Assembly (NCBI GenBank): GCA_052390415.1
Contig: JBQTGY010000027.1
Location: 2,485 to 66,484 of the forward strand
Origin: Pseudomarimonas sp.
GTDB lineage: Bacteria; Pseudomonadota; Gammaproteobacteria; Xanthomonadales; Xanthomonadaceae
Reading direction: 5' to 3'
DNA length: 64,000 bases
A program made the translations under genes and the position numbers. Shown piece by piece: positions 42,872-51,928 of this stretch. Each line of letters begins with the position of its first letter. Position 1 is the stretch's first letter. Under the pieces are notes generated by a model, which worked only from the letters and a program-made list of their open reading frames with translations, searched no databases and was not told the DNA's origin.

Positions 42872-43627
42872 GTGATCGCCAGCTCGCGCCGTCGGCCACT
42901 GCCCTCGCCCGTCGCGGCGGATGACGGCGACCAACTGCACTTCTGCAGTACCTGTGCGTTCTCCACGGCGTGCTTGTCGCAGGGCTTCGATAAATCCGCG
43001 TTGCTTGACCTGCATGTGCTGGTCGAGCACGTCGGTCCGTTTCACGAGGGCGAACACATCTTCCGCGAAGGCGACGACTTCAACGTGATCGCGGCGGTGC
43101 GCGCGGGCACCGTGAAAACTTACGTGCTGGATGCCGCAGGCCACCAGCAGGTGCTGGGTTTTCACCTGCCGGGCGAGATCATTGGCCTGAGCGCGATCAG
43201 TCAATCGCGCTTCCCTTGCAGTGCGGTCGCCCTGGACACGGTGATGTTGTGCCGATTCTCGTTCCCGAAGATGGCGTTGCTGGCGACTCGCTTGCCGGGC
43301 CTGCAGGCGCAGCTGTTTCGCCTGCTCAGCGAGGACATCGGCAAGGCGGCGCTGTTGGCGGGCGACTTCAGCGCCGATGAGCGCATGGCGGCATTTCTGG
43401 TAGCCATGTCGCGACGCTATGCGCGACGCGGTTTCTCGGCCACACGGCTGCATCTGACCATGACCCGCACCGACATCGGCAACTATCTGCGACTGGCACC
43501 GGAGACCGTCAGCCGCGTGCTCAAGCGATTGCAGGGCGAGGGATTGATCCGCGTTGACCGACGCGAGCTGGAGCTGGTCAACCCGGTCGCCATCGAGGCG
43601 CTCGCCAAGGCCGTGCTGAGAAACTAG
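42872..43627 (+). CDS. fnr: FNR/Anr-type oxygen-sensing Crp-family regulator
   Basis: The N-terminal C-x2-C-x5-C (CSTCAFSTAC) plus a central Cys (FPCSAV) fit the [4Fe-4S] ligand pattern. The C-terminal HTH is ETVSRVLKRL. Confidence 0.88.
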   Translation: MIASSRRRPLPSPVAADDGDQLHFCSTCAFSTACLSQGFDKSALLDLHVLVEHVGPFHEGEHIFREGDDFNVIAAVRAGTVKTYVLDAAGHQQVLGFHLPGEIIGLSAISQSRFPCSAVALDTVMLCRFSFPKMALLATRLPGLQAQLFRLLSEDIGKAALLAGDFSADERMAAFLVAMSRRYARRGFSATRLHLTMTRTDIGNYLRLAPETVSRVLKRLQGEGLIRVDRRELELVNPVAIEALAKAVLRN

Positions 43628-43634
43628 CGCCGAC

Positions 43635-43648
43635 TTGACCTGAATCAG
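43635..43648. promoter_or_regulatory. FNR/Dnr-type box upstream of norB
   Basis: TTGACctgaATCAG. Its centre is 62.5 nt before the norB ATG. Confidence 0.5.
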
Positions 43649-43703
43649 CGCCGCGCGTGCGCAGCGCGAACAGCATGACAACATCCTGAATCGGAGCGTT
43701 GTC

Positions 43704-46004
43704 ATGAGCAGCACACGCAAACTATGGACCGCGCTCGCGGTCTTGCTGGTGATTTCTTTTTCGGTGCTGCTGTGGGTGGGCGGCGAGATTCACCGCGAGA
43801 TGCCCCCCGTCCCCGAGCAGGTGATTTCCGAATCGGGAGATGTGGTTTTCACACGCGCTGATATCGAGACCGGACGGCAAGTGTGGCAGTCCATCGGCGG
43901 CCATCAGCTGGGTTCGATCTGGGGCCATGGCAGTTACGTCGCGCCCGATTGGACAGCCGACTGGCTGCATCGCGAGGCGGTTGACGTGCTCGACCAGTGG
44001 GCCCGCCGCGATCATGCCGCACCGACCTACGCCGCACTGGATGCCGCCACCCAAGCGGCGCTGTCCGTCAGGCTGCAGCAAGAGGTACGCGCCAACACCT
44101 ATGACGCGACTTCAGGCACGGTCAGCATCAGCGATCACCGCGCCATCGCCATCGCCAACGTCTCCGCGCACTACCAGAGCCTGTTCAGCAACGATCCGGC
44201 GACCGCCGTGCTGCGCGAGAACTATGCGATGAAGGACAACACCGTGCCCGATGCCGATCACCGCCGCGCGATGACGGCGTTCTACTGGTGGAGCGCGTGG
44301 TCGGCGGTCACCGAGCGCCCGGGCCAGGCCATCACCTACACCAACAATTGGCCGCACGAGCCGCTGGTCGGCAACACGCCGCCCTCCAATCTATTCATGT
44401 GGTCGGTGTTCAGCGTGCTGTTCTTGATCGCGGGAATTGCGCTGCTGGGCTGGCATTACGCCGTCACCCACAGCCGCGAAGAGGCACCGCTGGTACTGCC
44501 GGCCACCGACCCCTTGGCCGCCGTCGTGGTGACGCCATCAATGAAGGCCACCGCGAAATACTTCTGGGTAGTGATGGCGCTGTTTTTGGTGCAGATCCTG
44601 CTCGGCGCGATCACCGCGCACTATCAGGTCGAGGGGCAGGAAGCCTACGGATTCTCCCTCGCCAACTATCTCCCCTATTCGCTGACGCGCACCTGGCATA
44701 CGCAACTGGCGGTGTTGTGGATCGCAACCGCCTGGCTGGGGATGGGTCTATATATTGGCCCGGCCATCTCCGGCCATGAGCCGAAATTTCAGGCGCTGGG
44801 CGTGCACGTGCTTTGGGTGTGCCTGATCATCATCGTGGTCGGCTCGTTCGTCGGCCAGTGGTTTGCGGTGATGCAGAAGCTGGGTCTGGCCAACAATTTC
44901 TGGTGGGGTCACCAGGGCTGGGAATACGTCGACATGGGCCGCTTCTGGCAGTGGTTCCTGTTCCTGGGTCTGGGCATCTGGCTGACACTGGTGGGGCGTT
45001 GTCTGGTGCCGGCGATCCGCCAAGGCGGCGAATCGAAATCGATCACTACCCTGCTGTTTCTGTCCACCGTCGCCATCGGACTGTTCTACGGTGCTGGTCT
45101 GATGTGGGGTGAGCACACCCACCTGTCGATGGTCGAGTATTGGCGCTGGTGGGTGGTGCACATGTGGGTGGAGGGCTTCTTCGAGGTCTCCCCCGTCGCG
45201 GTGGTCGCTTTCCTGTTCACCAAGCTGGGCTTGATCAAGACCAGCACCGGCACGATGGCCACGCTGTTCGCGACCATCGTGTTCATGGCCGGCGGGGTAT
45301 TGGGCACGCTGCATCATCTGTACTTCACCGGCACGCCGGTGGCGGTGATCGCGCTGGGCGCTTCGTTCTCGGCGCTGGAAGTGGTACCGCTGGCCTACGT
45401 CGGCTTCGAGGCTTACCACACCTTCAAGCTGGGCCACGCCACGCCGTGGATGCAGCGCTACCAGTGGCCGATCCTGTTCTTCGTGGCGGTGGCGTTCTGG
45501 AATCTCGTCGGTGCGGGTCTGTTCGGCTTTTTGATCAATCCGCCGCTGCCGCTGTATTACATGCAGGGTCTGAATCTGACTCCACTGCACGGTCACACCG
45601 CGCTGTTTGGCGTGTACGGCATGCTGGGTATCGGCCTGATGCTGTTCTGCCTGCGTGGCTTGAAGCCGCACGCGATCTGGCCGGATGCACCACTGCGCAC
45701 CGCATTCTGGGCGCTCAACATCGGCTTGGTCGGCATGGCCCTGCTCACCCTGCTGCCGATCGGCATCCTGCAACTCAACGCCGCGATCAACGAAGGCTAT
45801 TGGTACGCGCGCTCGGCTGACTTCATGCAGCAGCCACTGATCGAGATGCTGGTGTGGATGCGGGTTCCCGGCGACACCATTTTCAGCGTTGGCGCGCTGT
45901 CGCTGGCGTGGTTTGTGGCAAGGCTGTGGATTGCTCACTACAAATCAACCGTTGAGACCGACGCGATGCCCGCCATGATGCAGGGGGTCAGTATCAAGCC
46001 ATAA
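43704..46004 (+). CDS. norB: quinol-dependent nitric oxide reductase (qNor, single-subunit NorB/NorZ)
   Basis: 766 aa. It has an N-terminal periplasmic extension plus a 12-TM heme-copper oxidase core with conserved His ligands (HLYFTG, HGHTALFG). Confidence 0.92.
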   Translation: MSSTRKLWTALAVLLVISFSVLLWVGGEIHREMPPVPEQVISESGDVVFTRADIETGRQVWQSIGGHQLGSIWGHGSYVAPDWTADWLHREAVDVLDQWARRDHAAPTYAALDAATQAALSVRLQQEVRANTYDATSGTVSISDHRAIAIANVSAHYQSLFSNDPATAVLRENYAMKDNTVPDADHRRAMTAFYWWSAWSAVTERPGQAITYTNNWPHEPLVGNTPPSNLFMWSVFSVLFLIAGIALLGWHYAVTHSREEAPLVLPATDPLAAVVVTPSMKATAKYFWVVMALFLVQILLGAITAHYQVEGQEAYGFSLANYLPYSLTRTWHTQLAVLWIATAWLGMGLYIGPAISGHEPKFQALGVHVLWVCLIIIVVGSFVGQWFAVMQKLGLANNFWWGHQGWEYVDMGRFWQWFLFLGLGIWLTLVGRCLVPAIRQGGESKSITTLLFLSTVAIGLFYGAGLMWGEHTHLSMVEYWRWWVVHMWVEGFFEVSPVAVVAFLFTKLGLIKTSTGTMATLFATIVFMAGGVLGTLHHLYFTGTPVAVIALGASFSALEVVPLAYVGFEAYHTFKLGHATPWMQRYQWPILFFVAVAFWNLVGAGLFGFLINPPLPLYYMQGLNLTPLHGHTALFGVYGMLGIGLMLFCLRGLKPHAIWPDAPLRTAFWALNIGLVGMALLTLLPIGILQLNAAINEGYWYARSADFMQQPLIEMLVWMRVPGDTIFSVGALSLAWFVARLWIAHYKSTVETDAMPAMMQGVSIKP

Positions 46005-46011
46005 CAGCCTC

Positions 46012-46210
46012 TGATTACCTGAGCCTCAGCTCGTCATTCTCGCGAAGGCACACTGCTGTCCGGGGAAGTCGAACGCCCCGCTGGCGAAACCGAACAACAA
46101 AGCGTCGCCCCCGCGAAGGCGGGAACCCTTTGACTTGAATGCCACAAGGCGCTGGGCCCCCGCCTTCGCGGGGGCGACGAGCGTTGGCATCAAGCAGTTG
46201 CGATCACACT
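46012..46210. repeat. about 200-bp REP/MITE-like repeat (same family as 54871-55290)
   Basis: It starts TGATTACCTGAGCCTCAGCTCGTCATTCTCGCGAAGG. It contains the GTCGCCCCCGCGAAGGCGGG...CCCGCCTTCGCGGGGGCGAC palindrome. It aligns over its length with the reverse complement of 55031-55290. Confidence 0.85.
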
Positions 46211-46297
46211 TCGCGGGTGGGAGTCTCCAGAAAGGGCTGCGCAAGCAGCCCTTTTTGTTGGCCGTCGCAGCGATCGCTGAGAAGGATTGGCGAAGGC

Positions 46298-46311
46298 CTG
46301 ATGCGGATCAA
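46298..46311. promoter_or_regulatory. FNR-type box upstream of nnrS
   Basis: CTGATgcggATCAA. Its centre is 33.5 nt before the ATG at 46338 and 42.5 nt before the in-frame ATG at 46347. Confidence 0.5.
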
Positions 46312-46337
46312 GGCGACGACGAGCAGCACGACGCAGC

Positions 46338-47558
46338 ATGTTCCCCATGGAAAACACATCAAGCCCGCGCGCGCTCCTGCTCACCGCCATCGCTGCTGCA
46401 CCGCACCGATTGCTGTTCTTCATCGGTGCTTTCAGCGTACTGGCCGCCATGGCCTGGTGGACCGCGTGGCTGGGCGGTCGGATGCCGGTGCCGTCGGTGC
46501 CGGCTGGCTGGATGCACGGATTCATCATGCAGTACCAGGTGCTGCCGGCCTTCATCTTCGGCTTCCTGCTGACCGTGTTTCCGCGTTGGATGGGACAGAC
46601 CGAGGCCAGTCGCTGGCACTACCTGCCGGTGGGCCTGGGGCTGCTGTTGGGGCAGGTGCTGACGCTGATCGGGTTGGCCATGGGTTCGGATGTGTGGATC
46701 CACATCGGCGTATTGAACACACTGGCGGGCTGGATTGCGGGCATGGCGGTGCTGGGCGGCTGGCTATGGCGCGACCGCGGCAGCAATTGGCATGCCAGAT
46801 CCTGTTTTGCCGCGCTGATGATGGGCTTGGCCGGACTGCTGGCGTTTGTCGGCTTCCTGCATACCGCCAATCCGCGCTTGGCCTTTGCCATGCTCAAGAT
46901 CGGCAGCTTCGGTCTGCTGCTACCGATCTTTGCCACGGTCGCGCACCGGATGTTCCCGTTCTTTGCCGGCAACGTGGTGCCGGGCTACCAGCCTTGGCGG
47001 CCGCTAGCCTGGTTGGCGGCACTCTGGCCCCTGTGTGTGGCGCATCTGGCGCTGGAGTTGCTGCACGTACATCACTGGCTGTGGGTGGTGGATGCGCCGA
47101 TGCTCGCTCTCACCGCGTATGCACTGTGGCGCTGGTGGCCACGCGGACCGATGCCGCCGCTGCTGCGGGTATTGTTTGTCGGGTTCGCCTGGCTACCCAT
47201 CGCGCTGACGCTGTATCTCGCACAGAGCCTGTGGTTTGCCGCCAGCGGCGAGTTCGCCCTTGGCCGCGCACCGGTGCACGCGCTGTCGGTGGGCTTTTTC
47301 GGCAGCCTGCTGGTGGCGATGGTGACGCGGGTGACCCAGGGCCATTCGGGCCGGCCCCTGCAACTGGGGCGCATCCCGGCGCTCGCCTTCATCGGCATGC
47401 AACTGGTGGCGGTACTGCGCGTGGCTGCCGAATTGGTCCCCGATCCTGCACCTTGGATGCTGGCAGCAAGCGTCGGTTGGCTGGCGGTGTTCACGCCTTG
47501 GGTGCTGCGTTCGCTGTGGATCTATGCCACCCCGCGGGTTGATGGCAAGCCCGAATAG
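46338..47558 (+). CDS. nnrS: NnrS family protein (heme/copper membrane protein of the NO stress response)
   Basis: 406 aa and polytopic. The N-terminal HRLLFFIGA and overall layout are typical of NnrS. The start may be 46347. Confidence 0.8.
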   Translation: MFPMENTSSPRALLLTAIAAAPHRLLFFIGAFSVLAAMAWWTAWLGGRMPVPSVPAGWMHGFIMQYQVLPAFIFGFLLTVFPRWMGQTEASRWHYLPVGLGLLLGQVLTLIGLAMGSDVWIHIGVLNTLAGWIAGMAVLGGWLWRDRGSNWHARSCFAALMMGLAGLLAFVGFLHTANPRLAFAMLKIGSFGLLLPIFATVAHRMFPFFAGNVVPGYQPWRPLAWLAALWPLCVAHLALELLHVHHWLWVVDAPMLALTAYALWRWWPRGPMPPLLRVLFVGFAWLPIALTLYLAQSLWFAASGEFALGRAPVHALSVGFFGSLLVAMVTRVTQGHSGRPLQLGRIPALAFIGMQLVAVLRVAAELVPDPAPWMLAASVGWLAVFTPWVLRSLWIYATPRVDGKPE

Positions 47559-47582
47559 CGCCCCCTTGAATGACGCCAGCCG

Positions 47583-47984
47583 ATGATCGAGTTCTACCCG
47601 CAGATCAAGTCAGTGCATGTCGCTTGCGTGATCGCAAGCGGCCTGCTGTTCGCACTGCGCGGCGCGGCGGTGCTGGCGGGTGCGCGCTGGGCAATGGCCG
47701 CGCCGCTGCGCTATCTCAGCTACAGCATCGACACTGCGCTACTGACCGCGGCGCTGATGCTGCTGACCGCACTCAAGCTCAATCCCTTGGTGGTGCCGTG
47801 GCTGTCGGTGAAGCTGACGCTATTGGTCGTATATGTCGTGCTGGGCAGCCTGGCGTTGAAGCGAGCGCGCAGCCGACGCGCGCAAACCATCGGCTACGTC
47901 GCGGCGTTGGCGATCTACGTCTTCATCTATTTCGTCGCGCGTACTCACCACCCGCTGGGGCTGTTACAGGGATTGAGCAGTTGA
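47583..47984 (+). CDS. SirB2-like small membrane protein
   Basis: 133 aa with four TM helices. IKSVHVACVIASGLLFALRG...LSYSIDTALL is typical of the SirB family. Confidence 0.65.
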   Translation: MIEFYPQIKSVHVACVIASGLLFALRGAAVLAGARWAMAAPLRYLSYSIDTALLTAALMLLTALKLNPLVVPWLSVKLTLLVVYVVLGSLALKRARSRRAQTIGYVAALAIYVFIYFVARTHHPLGLLQGLSS

Positions 47985-48120
47985 GTGGATAGGTCAGCGG
48001 TTCACCAAGGCTGCATCCAAGTGCGGTTGGGTCGCCTGATCGACTGTATTCATTTTTCACCGCCGCCGGCTGCGATTGGTATCCACCGAGGCACCGGCAA
48101 CCGCAACCCTTGCGGACGTC

Positions 48121-50370
48121 TTATTCAACCAGACGAAACACGCCTCGACCGCTGGCTTTGGCCGCGTACAACGCTTCGTCAGCGCGCTTCAGCAAGGAAG
48201 CTCCGTCGATCTCGCCAGCCCTGCGTATGGCAACACCGATGCTGGTAGAGAGCCGCTTTGAGTGCCCAAGAATCGCGAACGGCGGGGCCATTGCTTGCAG
48301 AATCTTGTGCGCGACCACGGCCGCCTCGTCGGGCGCGTGCAGGCCTTCGAGAATGATTACAAACTCATCGCCGGCCAAGCGCGCCACGGTGTCGACTTGG
48401 CGCACCGAGCCAGTGAGCCGGCGGCCGAATTCCTGCAACACTTGGTCGCCACCGTTGTGACCCAGACTATCGTTGATGCTTTTGAAGTGGTCCAAGTCGA
48501 GGAACATCAGGGCCATGAGCTGGCCCGAGCGCTCGCTGCGAGCGATCGCATCAATGAGCTTGTCGTTGTAACGATTGCGATTGGGCAAGCCCGTCAATGC
48601 ATCAAACTGAGCCAAAGTCCGTAGCTGGCTTTCGATCTGTTTGACCGCGGTCACATCGTGGATCAGCCCATAGATGCCTAGCACCTTGCCGCACGGGCCG
48701 ACATCCGGCACATACGTGACATGCACATGGCGGGCTCGGGTGTCCTTCGGCTCCAACTCGAAGCTGATGTGCTCGCCCGCCAGCGCACGCTCGATGAAGG
48801 GTTCGATTTCTGCGTAGGTATCGACGCTATAGACCTCGGACAGGCGACGTCCGGTGATTTCATCCAGCGGCCGCTGCAGCCACTTTTCATACGTGGAATT
48901 GTTGAAGCGGAAGGTCCGTTCGGTATCGATGTAGGCAATCAACACCGGCAAATTGTCAGTAATGAGGCGCAGCCGTCGCTCGCCGGCAGCCAAACGCAAC
49001 TCCGCATCCTTGTGGGGGGTGATGTCGAAAGTCATGGCGTAAAAGCCGCGCACGTTGCCGTTGCCGTCGATGTCAGGAACGTAGTTTGATTGAAAGTAGT
49101 AATCGCGGTCCTTGCCTGGAGCCTTGCCCTCGAAGTTGACCAGCTCGCCGCGCAGCACCGCATCCACGTGCTCGGCTAGCAGCGCATATACCGCTTCGCC
49201 GCGCACCTCGCGCATGCTGCGGCCGATCATGCTCGCTGGATCCACTCCGAAGGTGCGGCCAATGGCCGCGTTCGCGAAGCGATAGCGCTGGTCGTGATCG
49301 ATATAGGCGACCAGCGCGGGCAGATTGTCGGTAACCAGGCGCAATCGTCGCTCGTTGCTGCGTACCGCACGTTCAGCCGCGTCCTGCGCGGTGATATCAC
49401 GCACGACGCCACGATAGCCGCTGAATCGGCCGCTGTGGTCATACGCTGGCCGTCCCTGATTCAGCAGCAAACGTCTGACTCCGTCATCACCCAGGATAGA
49501 CAAGCGCTGGTTGTCGAAGACTCGCCGATTGCGCATGGGCTCGATGAAGGAGGCAAGGTCCGGGGAGCTCGGAAATCGCTTGCGCCAAACGGAGTCCGGC
49601 GTGTGGCCCAGCATTTGCGATACAGCCAACCCGATGGCGTGCGCAAAGCTCGGGGATACGTAAGTCAATCGCAGCTCGGCGTCGGTTTCCCAGAATCCGT
49701 CGGCAGCGATCTCGGCGAAATCGTTGAAACGAGTAGCGCTGCTTTCAGCGGCAGTGAGCGCCACCGTCTGCGCGGTGTGAGCCTCCTGCAACAGATTTCG
49801 ATAGCGCTGCAAGGCGTGTTGGATCAGGACACCAATCACCGCCGAGCCCAGACTGAAGAACAAGGGAACTCGATCCGTTGCCGACTTGACCCACTCGGGA
49901 TCTGGATTGATGGGCGGCTCGTACCCGGAGCGCTTCAAATACGCCACGGCGAGGATCTGGACCACGGTCAGAATGGTCCACAACACTCCGACCCGCGGCG
50001 TTGAAATCAGGATGGCGAACAGGACTAGCGTGGGCAGCGAGATGTTGGCGCCGAGCGAGCGTCCTGCAGTGCTGAAATTGATCGCGGTCACCGCGGTGAA
50101 GAGCACGACTATCAGCGCGCATGCACTGCGATCGACATCACCACCACGAACCAGACCGATCAACACAGCGAAAATCGCGACAACGGCAATGGCGCTGATG
50201 AACCCGAGTGCCGGGGTGCCCCAAACCAACTCCGTTACGAACACGAAACTGGTGACGAACATCTCAAACGCAGCAAAGGCGAACACGAGGGCGTAGCGAA
50301 GTCTTGCTTCCGGATTGCCGCGAGCCGCGGCTGGCAGCCACCGGTCAAAACGTCCAGCGATTCCGGTCAT
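48121..50370 (-). CDS. membrane sensor diguanylate cyclase: N-terminal multi-TM module, three PAS domains, GGDEF domain (AGDEF variant)
   Basis: The C-terminus has LTGLPNRNRY...FLDLDHFKSINDSLGHNGGD...RQVDTVARLAGDEF. PAS repeats are recognisable (for example LRLVTDNLPALVAYID and LRLITDNLPVLIAYID). Confidence 0.88.
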   Translation of the reverse strand: MTGIAGRFDRWLPAAARGNPEARLRYALVFAFAAFEMFVTSFVFVTELVWGTPALGFISAIAVVAIFAVLIGLVRGGDVDRSACALIVVLFTAVTAINFSTAGRSLGANISLPTLVLFAILISTPRVGVLWTILTVVQILAVAYLKRSGYEPPINPDPEWVKSATDRVPLFFSLGSAVIGVLIQHALQRYRNLLQEAHTAQTVALTAAESSATRFNDFAEIAADGFWETDAELRLTYVSPSFAHAIGLAVSQMLGHTPDSVWRKRFPSSPDLASFIEPMRNRRVFDNQRLSILGDDGVRRLLLNQGRPAYDHSGRFSGYRGVVRDITAQDAAERAVRSNERRLRLVTDNLPALVAYIDHDQRYRFANAAIGRTFGVDPASMIGRSMREVRGEAVYALLAEHVDAVLRGELVNFEGKAPGKDRDYYFQSNYVPDIDGNGNVRGFYAMTFDITPHKDAELRLAAGERRLRLITDNLPVLIAYIDTERTFRFNNSTYEKWLQRPLDEITGRRLSEVYSVDTYAEIEPFIERALAGEHISFELEPKDTRARHVHVTYVPDVGPCGKVLGIYGLIHDVTAVKQIESQLRTLAQFDALTGLPNRNRYNDKLIDAIARSERSGQLMALMFLDLDHFKSINDSLGHNGGDQVLQEFGRRLTGSVRQVDTVARLAGDEFVIILEGLHAPDEAAVVAHKILQAMAPPFAILGHSKRLSTSIGVAIRRAGEIDGASLLKRADEALYAAKASGRGVFRLVE

Positions 50371-50496
50371 GGCGGCGAACGCCTTACATAGCGGGGGCTG
50401 ATCAAACGATCAGTTCAACAGACCGCTGAAGTCTAGCTCAGGCCCACCTGCCGGAAATGACCAAGGGGCTGATCGGTTGAGCAGAAGCCGCTCGGG

Positions 50497-51693
50497 TCAA
50501 TAGCTCCACTCAACTTGCAACCACGCCTTGGTGGTATCACGAGCAAAGCGGTCGCTGCGGAAATCCGCCAGCTTCAGCAAACCCATCAGACCGCCGGGCA
50601 ATGGAAAAGCGAGCGAGGCGTCCCACTCGGAGCCGTATCGATCGCCGCCGCGTTCGGCCCGGTAATCGTGCCAAGCGATGGTCCAGATCAACCTGTCCTG
50701 CCAACCACCGGTGCCGGTCTTGCCGGTGGCCAGCAGGTAGCGGTCTTCGAGGCCGTTGACCGGCGTGGTGGTGAATTTGTCGGCCCAGCCGTTGAAGGCG
50801 TGCAGGGTCGCGAGCGGCGTCTGTAGCGCGCCGCTGCCGTCGCTGCCGAGGTGTTCCCAACCCAGCTTTCCGGTGAGGCGGCCTTGCGTCAGCGCCGCTT
50901 CGGCAAGCCAATAGCCGACGTCGATGGCACGCGGATTGTCGGCATGGTCGTATTGCCTGGCTGCTTCCAGCTGCCAAGCCAAAGTGGACGATCGCAAGGA
51001 GCGGTTGCCCGTCCAACGCATGCCGAAGGTTTGCGTCGATGCGACTGCGACATCGTGATCCTCTACCCAATAGGCGTAGCCGACCAAACTGCCCAGCGGC
51101 AACGTCCAGGCAGCGTTGGCCAGATGCCCACTCAGATTGCGCTCACGCGCCAGCGGATCGACGGCCTCGTCGCCAGCGACGCGATGCACGCGATCAAGGA
51201 AGTAGTAATGCAGTGCCATGCTCGCAGACGGCGAGACATCGAGCGCCAGCGCGTCGAAAGTCTGCTCGTTCTGGCGCCAGCCGACGTTGCCGACAAAGCG
51301 CTGGTTGTCCAGCAGAATGCGCTGGCGACCGAGCGTGGCGCTGGCAAGCTCACCGCGCCAGGCAACCCAGGCTTGATTGAGCTCCAGGGCGCGTGCGTCT
51401 GCTACCACCGGGAAGGCAGTCTCGGCATTTGCACCTGAGTTGAAATCATCACTCAACTCGGCCACACCCTCAGCTTCCCAACCCAGCGCGAAGCCGGAAG
51501 CGTACTGCTGACTCCAGCCCAACCGCAGACGCAAGGTGTCGGCCGAGGCGTGTCGCACGAAGGCATCGTCCTGCACGGATTCGTGTCGATAGCGCAGGTG
51601 GGTGATCCACGTGCCGGCATCATGCTCAACCGCTGACGCGCCTTGGCAGGCAGAACACGCCAGTACGGCGGCGGCCACTCGGTTTCGCTTCAT
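50497..51693 (-). CDS. outer-membrane beta-barrel, alginate-export (AlgE-like) family
   Basis: Start at MKRNRVAAAVLACSACQGASA (signal peptide). LRLRLGW...LGRQRILLDNQRFVGNVGWRQNEQTFDA is typical of the Alginate_exp family. It ends in an aromatic residue (EWSY). Confidence 0.7.
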   Translation of the reverse strand: MKRNRVAAAVLACSACQGASAVEHDAGTWITHLRYRHESVQDDAFVRHASADTLRLRLGWSQQYASGFALGWEAEGVAELSDDFNSGANAETAFPVVADARALELNQAWVAWRGELASATLGRQRILLDNQRFVGNVGWRQNEQTFDALALDVSPSASMALHYYFLDRVHRVAGDEAVDPLARERNLSGHLANAAWTLPLGSLVGYAYWVEDHDVAVASTQTFGMRWTGNRSLRSSTLAWQLEAARQYDHADNPRAIDVGYWLAEAALTQGRLTGKLGWEHLGSDGSGALQTPLATLHAFNGWADKFTTTPVNGLEDRYLLATGKTGTGGWQDRLIWTIAWHDYRAERGGDRYGSEWDASLAFPLPGGLMGLLKLADFRSDRFARDTTKAWLQVEWSY

Positions 51694-51760
51694 CGTCGTT
51701 TCCCGTCGCCACCCTTGACCGGGCCGACTGCCATCGTGGCTGCTATCGGAGCGGGCGACC

Positions 51761-51774
51761 CTGAGCCAGATCAA
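51761..51774. promoter_or_regulatory. weak FNR-type box, candidate for the divergent OM-barrel gene
   Basis: CTGAGccagATCAA has a perfect right half and a 3/5 left half. Its centre is 74.5 nt from the start at 51693. Confidence 0.3.
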
Positions 51775-51844
51775 GCCAACCTCACTTTGGTACAAGGCGA
51801 CTACGTTCGCAGGCGCACTTTGCTGCGCGGAGATTGGGAGTCGC

Positions 51845-51858
51845 TTGATCCAGATCAT
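51845..51858. promoter_or_regulatory. FNR/Dnr/NnrR-type box upstream of nirK
   Basis: TTGATccagATCAT (9/10). Its centre is 77.5 nt before the nirK ATG. Confidence 0.6.
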
Positions 51859-51928
51859 CGAAGGTGATCGGCAAAAGCGACACGCTGGATCTGGACTCGC
51901 CCTTGTGTCCTTGTCTGGAGACCGATCC

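Noticed and set aside
44748-45938. 396-aa ORF antisense to norB. Similar antisense ORFs are 55288..56535 (ccoN), 18620..19807 (glsA) and 16135..17100 (PQQ dehydrogenase).
   Set aside because: These are high-GC antisense artefacts opposite genes with unambiguous motifs.
46139-47542. 467-aa alternative-frame ORF overlapping nnrS.
   Set aside because: It is Arg/Gly/Ala/Pro-rich and begins inside the repeat element. The 46338 frame gives the hydrophobic NnrS pattern.
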